A DNA stretch of 34,964 nucleotides from a virus (lineage: Duplodnaviria; Caudoviricetes), in the IMG/VR virus record IMGVR_UViG_3300016466_000672, positions 1-34,964 of that record. One strand, written 5' to 3'. The position numbers and the translations under genes were made by a program. Position 1 is the stretch's first letter; the number at the start of each line of letters is the position of its first letter. Of this stretch, positions 8,250 through 15,332 are shown in pieces. The notes beneath the pieces are model-generated. The model was not told the DNA's origin. It saw only the letters and a program-made list of their open reading frames with translations, and did not search any database.

Positions 8250-8416
8250 CGCTTCGCCTTTTTCTTGGCAGCGTGGTGCATGTAGAGACCGAGCCGCTGG
8301 TTAGTGCGAGCGAGTTCCCGCTTCAGTTCCTCGATGCGACGGGCCGCGATCATGGGGACGCTGTGCCCACGGCAGTCCATGCGCACGAGGTATTCGACGA
8401 GGTGCTGGTCAGTCAT
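8246..8416 (-). CDS. Small hypothetical protein (start reassigned to ATG 8416)
   Basis: MTDQHLVEYLVRMD...AARRIEEL, a common phage early coiled-coil pattern; GGAGGA SD. Confidence 0.65.
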   Translation of the reverse strand: MTDQHLVEYLVRMDCRGHSVPMIAARRIEELKRELARTNQRLGLYMHHAAKKKAKR

Positions 8417-8621
8417 CGGTGGGGTCCTCCAGCTCTGCGGAGTAGTGGGTCTCGGCGCGGTCGACGGCTTTGCGCACTTCGTCCCTACCAAGCAGGTGCA
8501 TGGCGTCGGCGAGGAAGTCGGAGAGCGTGCACTCATCGAGGATGTCTGCGGCGAATGACTCGAGATTCATGTAAGCAACGAGTGTCTTGCGGGCACGCTC
8601 TGCCCTTTCCTGATTGCTCAT
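8409..8621 (-). CDS. Small hypothetical protein (start reassigned to ATG 8621)
   Basis: MSNQERAERARKTLVAY...LSDFLADAMH...AETHYSAE; AAGGAG SD and ATGA overlap. Confidence 0.7.
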   Translation of the reverse strand: MSNQERAERARKTLVAYMNLESFAADILDECTLSDFLADAMHLLGRDEVRKAVDRAETHYSAELEDPTDD

Positions 8622-8851
8622 GTGCCGTACTTCTCCTTCTCGATGGTGAGGAAGCCGGGGCCATTGCCTTCGGGATCGCACTGGATGCGGCAGAAGAGTT
8701 GGTGCTTGGTGCCCGGCTTGCGGAGGATGAGCGCGTAGGTCGGCTCGGGTGCGTAAGTTTCATCCTCCTCGTCGATGGACACGATGTGTGAGACGGTCCA
8801 CCCCACCAACTGGTTGAGGTGCTTGAGTTCGTAGTCGGTGTCGTCAGTCAT
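8618..8851 (-). CDS. Small hypothetical protein
   Basis: 77 aa with a DPEGNGPGFL motif; coupled overlaps. Confidence 0.7.
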   Translation of the reverse strand: MTDDTDYELKHLNQLVGWTVSHIVSIDEEDETYAPEPTYALILRKPGTKHQLFCRIQCDPEGNGPGFLTIEKEKYGT

Positions 8852-9221
8852 GGAGGTTCTCTTTGAGGGCGGCGGCTTCGCGGGCGAGTTGGCGGTTGCG
8901 GAAGTCGTGCATCTCCTGCATCATGGCCATGGCGATGTCGCGCATGTTGCTCATGGCTTCGGCTGCGGATGATGCTTCGTGGTCGGCGAGCTGCTTGGGA
9001 TCGTCGAGGTCCACGTCGAAGCGGAGGTACTGCCAGCCGACTGCGCCGCCCGTCCGGTGATAGCAGTCCTTGCCGAATTCGTCGAGGGTGTGGCGGATGT
9101 TGCAGACGCAGATGTTGACGGAGTGGTCGCAGCCGCCGGTCTCGTCGAGGTACTGCTCGAGGAGCTGGATGACTTCGTTGAGGAGGTTGTTGCGGTGTTC
9201 GAGGTTTTGTTCCATGGTCAT
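8844..9221 (-). CDS. Hypothetical protein with CDH...C-x-C motif (start reassigned to ATG 9221)
   Basis: MTMEQNLE...GCDHSVNICVC; ATGA overlap with the UDG stop. Confidence 0.65.
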   Translation of the reverse strand: MTMEQNLEHRNNLLNEVIQLLEQYLDETGGCDHSVNICVCNIRHTLDEFGKDCYHRTGGAVGWQYLRFDVDLDDPKQLADHEASSAAEAMSNMRDIAMAMMQEMHDFRNRQLAREAAALKENLHD

Positions 9222-9892
9222 GTGGTCACCGGGAGGAATGGTGTGCGGATGGTGGGGGCAGACGGGCGTGCGAGATCGCCGGTCAGGAAGGATGAGAGCA
9301 GGGCCATGTGGTCGGCGACCGGGTGGATGAGTCCGGGTTCGCGGAGTACGGCGGCCGGGTGGTAGGTCGCGAAGAGGTGGGTGCGAGGGAGGGTTGGGAT
9401 GGACATGCCCTGCACGCGGAACGCGTCCTGCTGGGACAGTGCTTTCTTCTGGAACGTGCGGGACAGGTAGGTGACCGGATCTGCGCCGGCGCACAGGATG
9501 GCGCGGGCGGAAGCGGGTGCATGGTGGTCCAGGATGGCTGTGATGTCAAGCAGGGTGTTGGTGAAACAGGTGCGATAGTAGGCGGGCTTGGGCTTGCCGC
9601 CTGGCGACACGCATCGGGCCACGTTGCAGAGGTAGACCGTGGCGAGGCTGGTGATGGTTGAGCCTGTGAGGTACGGGCCGGACAGGAGTTGGCCCGAGGG
9701 TCCGATCCAGCACTCGCCTTGCCGGTCCTCTTGGGTACCGGGGTTCATGCCAATGACGATGACCACGGGGTTGGCCGGGTCAGGCGGCAGGCTGGTAGGT
9801 AGGTGGCGGGACGGGATGCCGACGTTCTTGGCGGCGGAATGGAGATCGCAGCCCACGCAGGTGGGCTTGGCCGGGAGAAGGTTGAGTTGCAT
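9218..9892 (-). CDS. Uracil-DNA glycosylase superfamily protein (family 4/5-like, Fe-S cysteines)
   Basis: CVGCDL, IGMNPG..ED..G..WIGPSG..L, NVARC, a later Cys, and TYHPAAVLR. Confidence 0.85.
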   Translation of the reverse strand: MQLNLLPAKPTCVGCDLHSAAKNVGIPSRHLPTSLPPDPANPVVIVIGMNPGTQEDRQGECWIGPSGQLLSGPYLTGSTITSLATVYLCNVARCVSPGGKPKPAYYRTCFTNTLLDITAILDHHAPASARAILCAGADPVTYLSRTFQKKALSQQDAFRVQGMSIPTLPRTHLFATYHPAAVLREPGLIHPVADHMALLSSFLTGDLARPSAPTIRTPFLPVTT

Positions 9893-9895
9893 GGG

Positions 9896-10348
9896 CTACC
9901 TTTGCTGGGATCGGATGAGTTGGATCAGGCGGCCGAGGTGGTTGAGTCCTTCGCCGCTGGGTGTCATGCCCCAGAAGCGGTCGTAACCACGTGGGTCGAT
10001 CTCAACGATGGGCTGGTCGCCTGTGGAGAGGAGAGCTTCGCGGAACCGGGGCTGTTCGAACTTCTTTCGGAGCAGGTATTCCATGATTGCGAGGCGACGG
10101 TCATTGAAGCCAGGCTCCATGGTGACTCGACGGCCAGCGGACTTGGCGGGCAGGCCAGCCCATTGGGGGTCGGCGTTGAGCAAGGCAGCGAGTGCCCGGC
10201 GTTGTGCCAGGTCTTCGGTCTTGGCTGCTTGGTATGCGTGCTCGACCGTGCGGTAGGGGATGCCGTGCCTGTCCACGATAGGGGTATCGAGGAGGTGCAT
10301 GTTCGACAGCAAGCGGTTGAGTGCAGTGCGTGTGTCGATGCGTGGCAT
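9896..10348 (-). CDS. NADAR family (YbiA-like) protein
   Basis: TVEHAYQAAK, AKSAGRRV, KFEQ..REALLSTGD..IVE, DRFWG and GLNHLG; GAAAGGA SD. Confidence 0.9.
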   Translation of the reverse strand: MPRIDTRTALNRLLSNMHLLDTPIVDRHGIPYRTVEHAYQAAKTEDLAQRRALAALLNADPQWAGLPAKSAGRRVTMEPGFNDRRLAIMEYLLRKKFEQPRFREALLSTGDQPIVEIDPRGYDRFWGMTPSGEGLNHLGRLIQLIRSQQR

Positions 10349-10361
10349 GGCGTTCCTTTCG

Positions 10362-10637
10362 CGTGAGTAATGTACCCCACCAGCCAGAGCCTTAGCGTGG
10401 TGATGGATTAGTGTGCATGACTGTGCGCGGATATCACGGCAGGGAGTCAGAGGCGTTCCATGCTCAGAGGCGGATGGATGGCTGGGGGATACGACGTGTC
10501 CCTACACACTGCTGTACGGGCAGTGGATCTATGGGACGCGCCAATTGCCGAGCACCGGACTGCATGCACTCACCGGTTCACATCGGCATTGGTTTGGTGG
10601 GGACGGGTCACGACACATGACACCTCAACGAGAGGTG
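10362..10637 (-). ncRNA. Candidate structured non-coding RNA or 5' leader
   Basis: No credible ORF here. Long-range closing pairs (10362-66 with 10608-12; 10375-82 with 10595-602) enclose two compound hairpins (10498-10537, 10547-10587), and there is an extra hairpin at 10621-10637. Strand is assumed from the flanking genes. Confidence 0.45.
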
Positions 10638-10646
10638 GGCATTTCG

Positions 10647-11273
10647 TCAGAGAATCGTGCCCGTCCCCGTGGGTGCGGGAAGGGTGGAGTCGCGGCACTG
10701 GAGGATGCCGGGAGTGGAACAGATGGGACCACGCGTGGTGGTCGGGTTCGGCTGGAAGGAAGGGGCAACGGCGCAGGAACGGAGGAGCTTGCCGAGCGGG
10801 TAGTCAAGGTCGAGCGGGTGCAGGCAGTCGATGAACTCGGCGGCCTCGGAGGAGGGCGGCATCAGTCGGGTCGGTTCGTCGAGGATCTTGTAGTAGAGGC
10901 GGGCGTAGAGGTCGGAGTCGGTGAGGTGGTTGGTGTTGAAGAGGAAGATGCCGACCATGGACAGGGCCTCGATGACGGTCCACAGTTCATCGTGCAGGCT
11001 GGTGGGGTCCGACAGTTCCTGGGGCGGGACGGGGATGATGCCGTGCTCGAGGAGGCGCTGGCGTGCGGTGACGGTGGGCGCGTGCTCGAGGTCGTACACC
11101 ATGGTCCAGTAGAACTCGTCGGGTTCGTGGGGGTTGTCGCGCAGCATGTCGGCGATGCAGGTGCGACGGGTTGCGAAGTGCTGGTCACGCAGCGCGATGG
11201 CGTCGGCCTGGAGGCGCGAGATGGGGTGCGGGCTGGTGTAGGGACGGGTGCGGACTGCGGTGGTGTTAGGCAT
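10647..11273 (-). CDS. Hypothetical protein resembling a conserved bacterial family (start reassigned to ATG 11273)
   Basis: LWTVIEALSMVGIFLFNTNHLTDSDLYARL...EP..LMPP...ID; overlaps the upstream stop by 8 nt. Confidence 0.7.
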   Translation of the reverse strand: MPNTTAVRTRPYTSPHPISRLQADAIALRDQHFATRRTCIADMLRDNPHEPDEFYWTMVYDLEHAPTVTARQRLLEHGIIPVPPQELSDPTSLHDELWTVIEALSMVGIFLFNTNHLTDSDLYARLYYKILDEPTRLMPPSSEAAEFIDCLHPLDLDYPLGKLLRSCAVAPSFQPNPTTTRGPICSTPGILQCRDSTLPAPTGTGTIL

Positions 11274-12054
11274 GGGCGGGTTCCAGTTCGGTGATGAAGG
11301 AGTGTGCTGCACGGAGACGGTCGGGCGTGGTGAGGGCGTTGAGGGAACGCTTCTCCACCTCGGTCACGGCTTGGAGGAGAAGGCCCTTGGTGAGACCGGC
11401 GGCACGGTGGGGGAAGAGACCGCCTGGACCGGCGGGGTTGGCGAGTTCACGGCGCAGGTGCGGGACGTTCTGCCAGAGGATCGCGCCGTTGTCGGCGAGA
11501 GCGCAGGCCGTGGTGTCGATGAACTCACGGGTGTCTGGCAGGGGCACGGCGTCGAATGCGTTGGTCTCGTTGACGAACGTGCGGGCCTGGGTGATGAAGT
11601 TCACCATGCACGAGGCGATGGTGGAGTCGTAGGAGGATGCGAGACCGGGCGTGTTCTTGCGGTGGAAGGAGATGGTGTCTCCGCCTGACATGGCGAGGTT
11701 GTCGCAGACGAACGTGCGCAGGGACATGGTGCCTGATTGGGCGAAGGACTTGTCCCAGGAGGAGCGGAAGCCGAAGCCGACGAGGCCGTCGTGGTTGGGG
11801 AGTGGGATGAGGGGATGCTCGAACTCGATGAGGCCGAAGAACTTGTCGGCGCCGGTCTTGCCGGGCTTGATGGCAAGGGACTCGGTGCGGAGGGTTGCGC
11901 CCATGAGGGTCAGGGCGGAGCGGATGGCGGTAACGAAGGAGGAGTGGGGGATGGGGTGCCACGAGTCGGTGGGCTCGGGCGGACAGATGCAGGACAGGTC
12001 ATCGAATGCGATGTCGTGTGCGCCGCAGTGGAGATAGAGACGGTTGCTTGACAT
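11266..12054 (-). CDS. DUF932/DUF945-like phage/plasmid protein (start reassigned to ATG 12054)
   Basis: LHCGA...PEPTDSWHPIPH...FFG...GFRSSWDKS...FVCDNLA...HRK; GAGGA SD. Confidence 0.7.
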   Translation of the reverse strand: MSSNRLYLHCGAHDIAFDDLSCICPPEPTDSWHPIPHSSFVTAIRSALTLMGATLRTESLAIKPGKTGADKFFGLIEFEHPLIPLPNHDGLVGFGFRSSWDKSFAQSGTMSLRTFVCDNLAMSGGDTISFHRKNTPGLASSYDSTIASCMVNFITQARTFVNETNAFDAVPLPDTREFIDTTACALADNGAILWQNVPHLRRELANPAGPGGLFPHRAAGLTKGLLLQAVTEVEKRSLNALTTPDRLRAAHSFITELEPAHA

Positions 12055-12056
12055 GG

Positions 12057-12317
12057 TCAGTCCTCGAGTTCGGGGTTGATGGTGTGGGCTGAGACGCCGA
12101 GTGCACGGCAGGTGGTGCGGAGTGCGGAGGCGTTGGCCTGCCACGAGCGGAAGGCCTCGGTGAAGGACGGGGTGGAGATGATGAGGGAGACGGAGCAGGT
12201 GTCCGGGTCGGGATAGTCGGTGGCGATGACCTCGGGGAAGTGGTGGGCTGGCGTGCCCCAGACCTGCATGGGGCGACCGTAGGGATTGAATGCGACGAAG
12301 ACTGAGAAGTTTGGCAT
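12057..12317 (-). CDS. Small hypothetical protein (start reassigned to ATG 12317)
   Basis: MPNFSVFVAFNPYGRPMQVWG..., 86 aa, starting just after a hairpin. Confidence 0.6.
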   Translation of the reverse strand: MPNFSVFVAFNPYGRPMQVWGTPAHHFPEVIATDYPDPDTCSVSLIISTPSFTEAFRSWQANASALRTTCRALGVSAHTINPELED

Positions 12318-12334
12318 GGTGGTCGGTGGGAAGT

Positions 12335-12375
12335 CCCCACGGGGCGGGGACGCGAAAGCGGCCCGCCCCGTGGGG
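12335..12375. repeat. Intergenic hairpin, CGC-loop-GCG family copy 1
   Basis: CCCCACGGGGCGGG-ga-CGC GAAA GCG-g-CCCGCCCCGTGGGG, 14-bp perfect lower stem. Confidence 0.85.
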
Positions 12376-12387
12376 TGCTGAAAGGAG

Positions 12388-12978
12388 TCAGGTGTGTGCC
12401 CAGGCGATGCGGCGGTCGAGTCCGCCGATGGTGGTCCAAGCGGAGTCGGGGTCACGTGCGAGGCGACGGGTGCGGGCGCAGCGGACGACGCCGAGACGGC
12501 GGTACAGGCGGGCGCGCATGTCGGATCGGCGGGATGAGGCGAGGCCGAGTTCGATGACGGCTGGTGGGGGCGGTGCGGGAGGCGTGTGGATGACGATGGG
12601 CTCGTGCTGGGCGTAGCGGTGTGCTCCGCCTGCTGCCATGGAGAGGCGGTGCTCCTCGGAGAGCTTGCGGTTCCATCGTCGGTAGGTGGACCGCCATGCG
12701 GGCGGCAGGGATTCGAGGGAGCGGGTCAGTTCCCACGCGGAGCGGAAGGAGAACTCCTCGACGGTGGAGCCGTCGTCCTCGCCGGGGAATGCGGCTGGCT
12801 CGATTGAGTCGTGGGTGGGGGCCGAGAGGTAGGGCCGGTGGTCCTCTGCCATGGGCAGATTGGGCAGGCAGGACTGGGTGTTGGCGTCGATCTCGGAATG
12901 GCGGACGATCCAGGAGGAGAAGGGCAGTGGGACGAGGAGTGCGGAGACGGTCAGTGATGGCAGACTTGGGTGGGACAT
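12388..12978 (-). CDS. Hypothetical protein (start reassigned to ATG 12978)
   Basis: GAAAGGA SD 5 nt upstream; 196 aa with an Arg-rich C-terminus. Confidence 0.6.
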   Translation of the reverse strand: MSHPSLPSLTVSALLVPLPFSSWIVRHSEIDANTQSCLPNLPMAEDHRPYLSAPTHDSIEPAAFPGEDDGSTVEEFSFRSAWELTRSLESLPPAWRSTYRRWNRKLSEEHRLSMAAGGAHRYAQHEPIVIHTPPAPPPPAVIELGLASSRRSDMRARLYRRLGVVRCARTRRLARDPDSAWTTIGGLDRRIAWAHT

Positions 12979-13003
12979 GCAGTTCCTTTCAGCATGGTGC
13001 CCG

Positions 13004-13041
13004 TCCCCCACCAGCGTGCAGATGCAGAGGCTGGTGGGGGA
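13004..13041. repeat. Intergenic hairpin
   Basis: TCCCCCACCAGC / GCTGGTGGGGGA 12-bp stem with a TGCA-ga-TGCA apex. Confidence 0.8.
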
Positions 13042-13057
13042 TTGAGGGCGATGGGGC

Positions 13058-13654
13058 TTAGCGGCGGACCTTGGTGAGCTTGCGGCGGGGGGCGGTGCGC
13101 TCCATGTCGCAGTCGTCGCCGGTGAAGGAGGCGGCGGGGTCCGACTCGTTGGCGGCGGAGATGTAGGACGGGCTGGTCTTGGAGCCCTTGACGTTGGCGT
13201 ACTGGCCGTCGTCGGTCCAGCAGATGTTGGGGGCCACGCGAGTGCCCGTGAAGGTGGCGGCGATGGCGGCGAGGGCAAGGAAGGCGTCACGGATGCCCGT
13301 CTTGTCGCCGGTCTCGAGCGCGGTGTTGAGGGTCTTGCAGAGCCCGTACGTCTCGTCGCGGTCCATGCCGGCGAGTGCGGCGAGGTCGCAGAAGACGTTG
13401 GCGCCCGACCACATGAAGCCGTTGGGCCCGGTGAACGAGACGAAGTCGTTCAGCCGGAGCTGCGGGCGGTTGGGGAAGGCGTCGACGGTGATCTGGACCT
13501 GGAACCGGAGGCAGAACTTGCCGGACTTGTCGGCCGTCTGCGGGACGACCGCCGTGATGGTGGCGGAGTAGCGGCCCGACGGGTAGTCCGAGGGCGTGGC
13601 GCGTGCGAACTTGGAGGTATCGAGCGAGGCGAGCGAGTCGAACTTGATGTCCAT
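13058..13654 (-). CDS. Putative ssDNA-binding protein (DUF669-like OB fold)
   Basis: PSGRYSATITAV....KSGK..LRFQVQI N-terminus, a strong AGGAG SD, and position in the early replication region. Confidence 0.5.
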   Translation of the reverse strand: MDIKFDSLASLDTSKFARATPSDYPSGRYSATITAVVPQTADKSGKFCLRFQVQITVDAFPNRPQLRLNDFVSFTGPNGFMWSGANVFCDLAALAGMDRDETYGLCKTLNTALETGDKTGIRDAFLALAAIAATFTGTRVAPNICWTDDGQYANVKGSKTSPSYISAANESDPAASFTGDDCDMERTAPRRKLTKVRR

Positions 13655-13707
13655 TGTGGACTCCTGTGGAAGAAAGAAAGGAAAGAAAGGAATAAACGAG
13701 GCGTAAC

Positions 13708-13747
13708 CCCCGTGCGGGGGGCGCGAAGCGACTCCCCCCGCACGGGG
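13708..13747. repeat. Intergenic hairpin, CGC-loop-GCG family copy 2
   Basis: CCCCGTGCGGGGGG-CGC GAA GCG-act-CCCCCCGCACGGGG, 14-bp lower stem. Confidence 0.85.
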
Positions 13748-13762
13748 TGGTGAGAGAGGGTG

Positions 13763-13897
13763 TCAACGGGAGAGGCAGGAAGGGCAGAACTGGAGTGATT
13801 CGATGTTGCCGTCGGACTCCGTGTAGTTGCAGATGGTGATGAGTTCGGGATCGAAATCCTTGTCGCAGCCATCGCAGGATTCGGTGGTGGGGTCCAT
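13763..13897 (-). CDS. 44-aa Zn-finger peptide (not in ORF track)
   Basis: MDPTTESCDGCDKDFDPELITICNYTESDGNIESLQFCPSCLSR: two CxxC pairs and a GAAAGGA SD. Confidence 0.75.
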   Translation of the reverse strand: MDPTTESCDGCDKDFDPELITICNYTESDGNIESLQFCPSCLSR

Positions 13898-13908
13898 GGT
13901 GTGTCCTT

Positions 13909-14133
13909 TCAGGAGGGTGAGCCGCAGCGGGTGCAGCGGAAGTCGGCGTCGAGTTCGAGGTCGTGGTGGCAGGTGAGGCAGTGGCGGCCGGCGTCCCGGT
14001 CGTGGTTGTCGGGGTGGTCGAGGTCGGCCTGCGTGAGGTTGTCGAGTGCGGACTGCATCTCCTCGATGAGCGGCTGCTCGGGGACGCGGGAGAGACGGCG
14101 GGCGAAGTCGGACTTGTTGGTGGGAGCGGACAT
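13909..14133 (-). CDS. 74-aa protein with C-terminal Zn ribbon (start reassigned to ATG 14133)
   Basis: CLTC...CTRC; GAAAGGAGG SD. Confidence 0.75.
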   Translation of the reverse strand: MSAPTNKSDFARRLSRVPEQPLIEEMQSALDNLTQADLDHPDNHDRDAGRHCLTCHHDLELDADFRCTRCGSPS

Positions 14134-14206
14134 GGGGGGCCTCCTTTCAGGCCTGGGGACGGGATGGGATTCCTCGAACCCGGCAACGCGCCGGGTCACG
14201 AGAGAA

Positions 14207-14242
14207 GCACCCCCTCCCCACGCAGAGCGGGGGAGGGGGTGC
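14207..14242. repeat. Intergenic hairpin, CGC-loop-GCG family copy 3
   Basis: GCACCCCCTCCCC-a-CGC AGA GCG-GGGGAGGGGGTGC, 13-bp lower stem. Confidence 0.85.
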
Positions 14243-14255
14243 GAAGGGGCGGGCG

Positions 14256-14636
14256 TCAGAACGGCGCCTCGGGTGCGGACGCAGCGGGGGCCGCGGGTGC
14301 CGCGGGGGCCTTGGCGGGGATCGCCTTGACGCCGTCGCGGGTGGGCTTCAGGTAGCAGCCCGTGCCGACGCGGTTGCGCAGGGCGAAGGAGCCGTTCTCG
14401 AAGAACGCGATCTCGTGCCCGGCGGGGAGCGTGATGGGCTCGCCGGTGCGGTTCTGGAGCGTGACGTAGGTGGTCTCGTTGCCCGTGCTGGGGTCGCGGT
14501 GGACGTGACGGGTCAGCACGAACGGGTCCGGTGCCGCGGTCGGGCGGGCGGCGAGACGGGCGTTTGCCTCGGCGAGCGCAGCGGTCTGCTGTGCGACGAG
14601 GGCTTCGAGGGCGGCGATGCGATCAGCGATCTTCAT
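14256..14636 (-). CDS. First early gene: N-terminal coiled coil and Ala/Pro tail ending in PF
   Basis: GAAAGGAG SD; the C-terminus APAAPAASAPEAPF resembles SSB-type tails. Confidence 0.75.
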   Translation of the reverse strand: MKIADRIAALEALVAQQTAALAEANARLAARPTAAPDPFVLTRHVHRDPSTGNETTYVTLQNRTGEPITLPAGHEIAFFENGSFALRNRVGTGCYLKPTRDGVKAIPAKAPAAPAAPAASAPEAPF

Positions 14637-14691
14637 GACATGCTCCTTTCAAGAGCGGTAACCGGAAACGACGCACACTGCAACACGCAGG

Positions 14692-14725
14692 TGAGTCCTT
14701 CCTTCGCAACGCGAGGAAGGACTCA
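14692..14725. repeat. Hairpin in early leader, CGC-loop-GCG family copy 4
   Basis: TGAGTCCTTCCT-t-CGC AAC GCG-AGGAAGGACTCA, 12-bp lower stem. Confidence 0.85.
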
Positions 14726-14923
14726 ACGCACACACCGGGCTCACGGCCAAGCGCACGACCGCAAGACAACGCGGCGCGCCCCGGCTTACGATGCGGCGAC
14801 AGCGTGTGGAGTCCGATAGCCAGCGGAGCCGGAGAGCCGGAGGGGGGGTCAGGCCCCCAGCGGAGGTGCAACCAGAAGAGGAAAGGCCCTCTCCCTCTCA
14901 AAATTCCCCCACAAACCCCTAAC

Positions 14924-15017
14924 GAGTACCAGGAATACCAACCTTTCTTTCCTTCGTAGAGAGAGATATATATAAAGAATAGAACGCACAGGTCAAACCG
15001 GTACACCCGGTATTCCC
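14924..15017. other. Putative replication origin (inverted short repeats around an AT-rich core)
   Basis: GTACC-aGGAATACC on the left, AGAGAGATATATATAAAGAATAGAA in the centre, and GGTAC-accc-GGTATTCC on the right. Lies downstream of the helicase operon. Confidence 0.55.
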
Positions 15018-15026
15018 ATAACATAA

Positions 15027-15057
15027 CCCCCCACCGACCTTACGGCCAGGTGGGGGG
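15027..15057 (-). terminator. Probable intrinsic terminator of the helicase operon
   Basis: CCCCCCACC / GGTGGGGGG stem, followed on the minus strand by TTATGTT, 15 nt after the stop at 15073. Confidence 0.5.
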
Positions 15058-15072
15058 CATGAGAGGAGTCTG

Positions 15073-15324
15073 TCAGTCCATTTCGCCGAGGAAGTGCAGT
15101 CTCAGGTAGTGCAGTGCGGCTTTCCGGGTCTCGTGCTCTCCATCCAAAGCCTTCCGCCCCTCCTGCCGAACCGCACCCCGGTCAGTCCCAATCCAGCGGG
15201 GACCAGTGACCCCTTCCAGCCAGTCCAGATAACGCAACGCAGCGCATGCGCGGGGTGTGATGTCGCTCATCACCACACCCATCACCTGCTCTTCCACCCG
15301 CTCGTCGCGATCCGTTGGGTCCAT
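15073..15324 (-). CDS. Hypothetical protein
   Basis: 83 aa with an AGGAGG SD, directly after the helicase gene. Confidence 0.7.
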   Translation of the reverse strand: MDPTDRDERVEEQVMGVVMSDITPRACAALRYLDWLEGVTGPRWIGTDRGAVRQEGRKALDGEHETRKAALHYLRLHFLGEMD

Positions 15325-15332
15325 CAGGCCTC

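Noticed and set aside
10371-10614. tmRNA/tRNA-like ends (CCCCACCA and GGGGACG...CGAC)
   Set aside because: No T-arm (TTCRA) before the CCA and no tag reading frame; the two segments are better explained as one long-range stem.
13678-14954. 13-bp inverted repeat AAGGAAAGAAAGG (13678-13690) / CCTTTCTTTCCTT (14942-14954)
   Set aside because: Low-complexity sequence and no recombinase in the window, so it is not credible as an invertible segment.
14623-15024. 133-aa minus-strand ORF across the control region
   Set aside because: It runs through the AT-rich core and hairpins, has atypical composition and lacks a clear SD.
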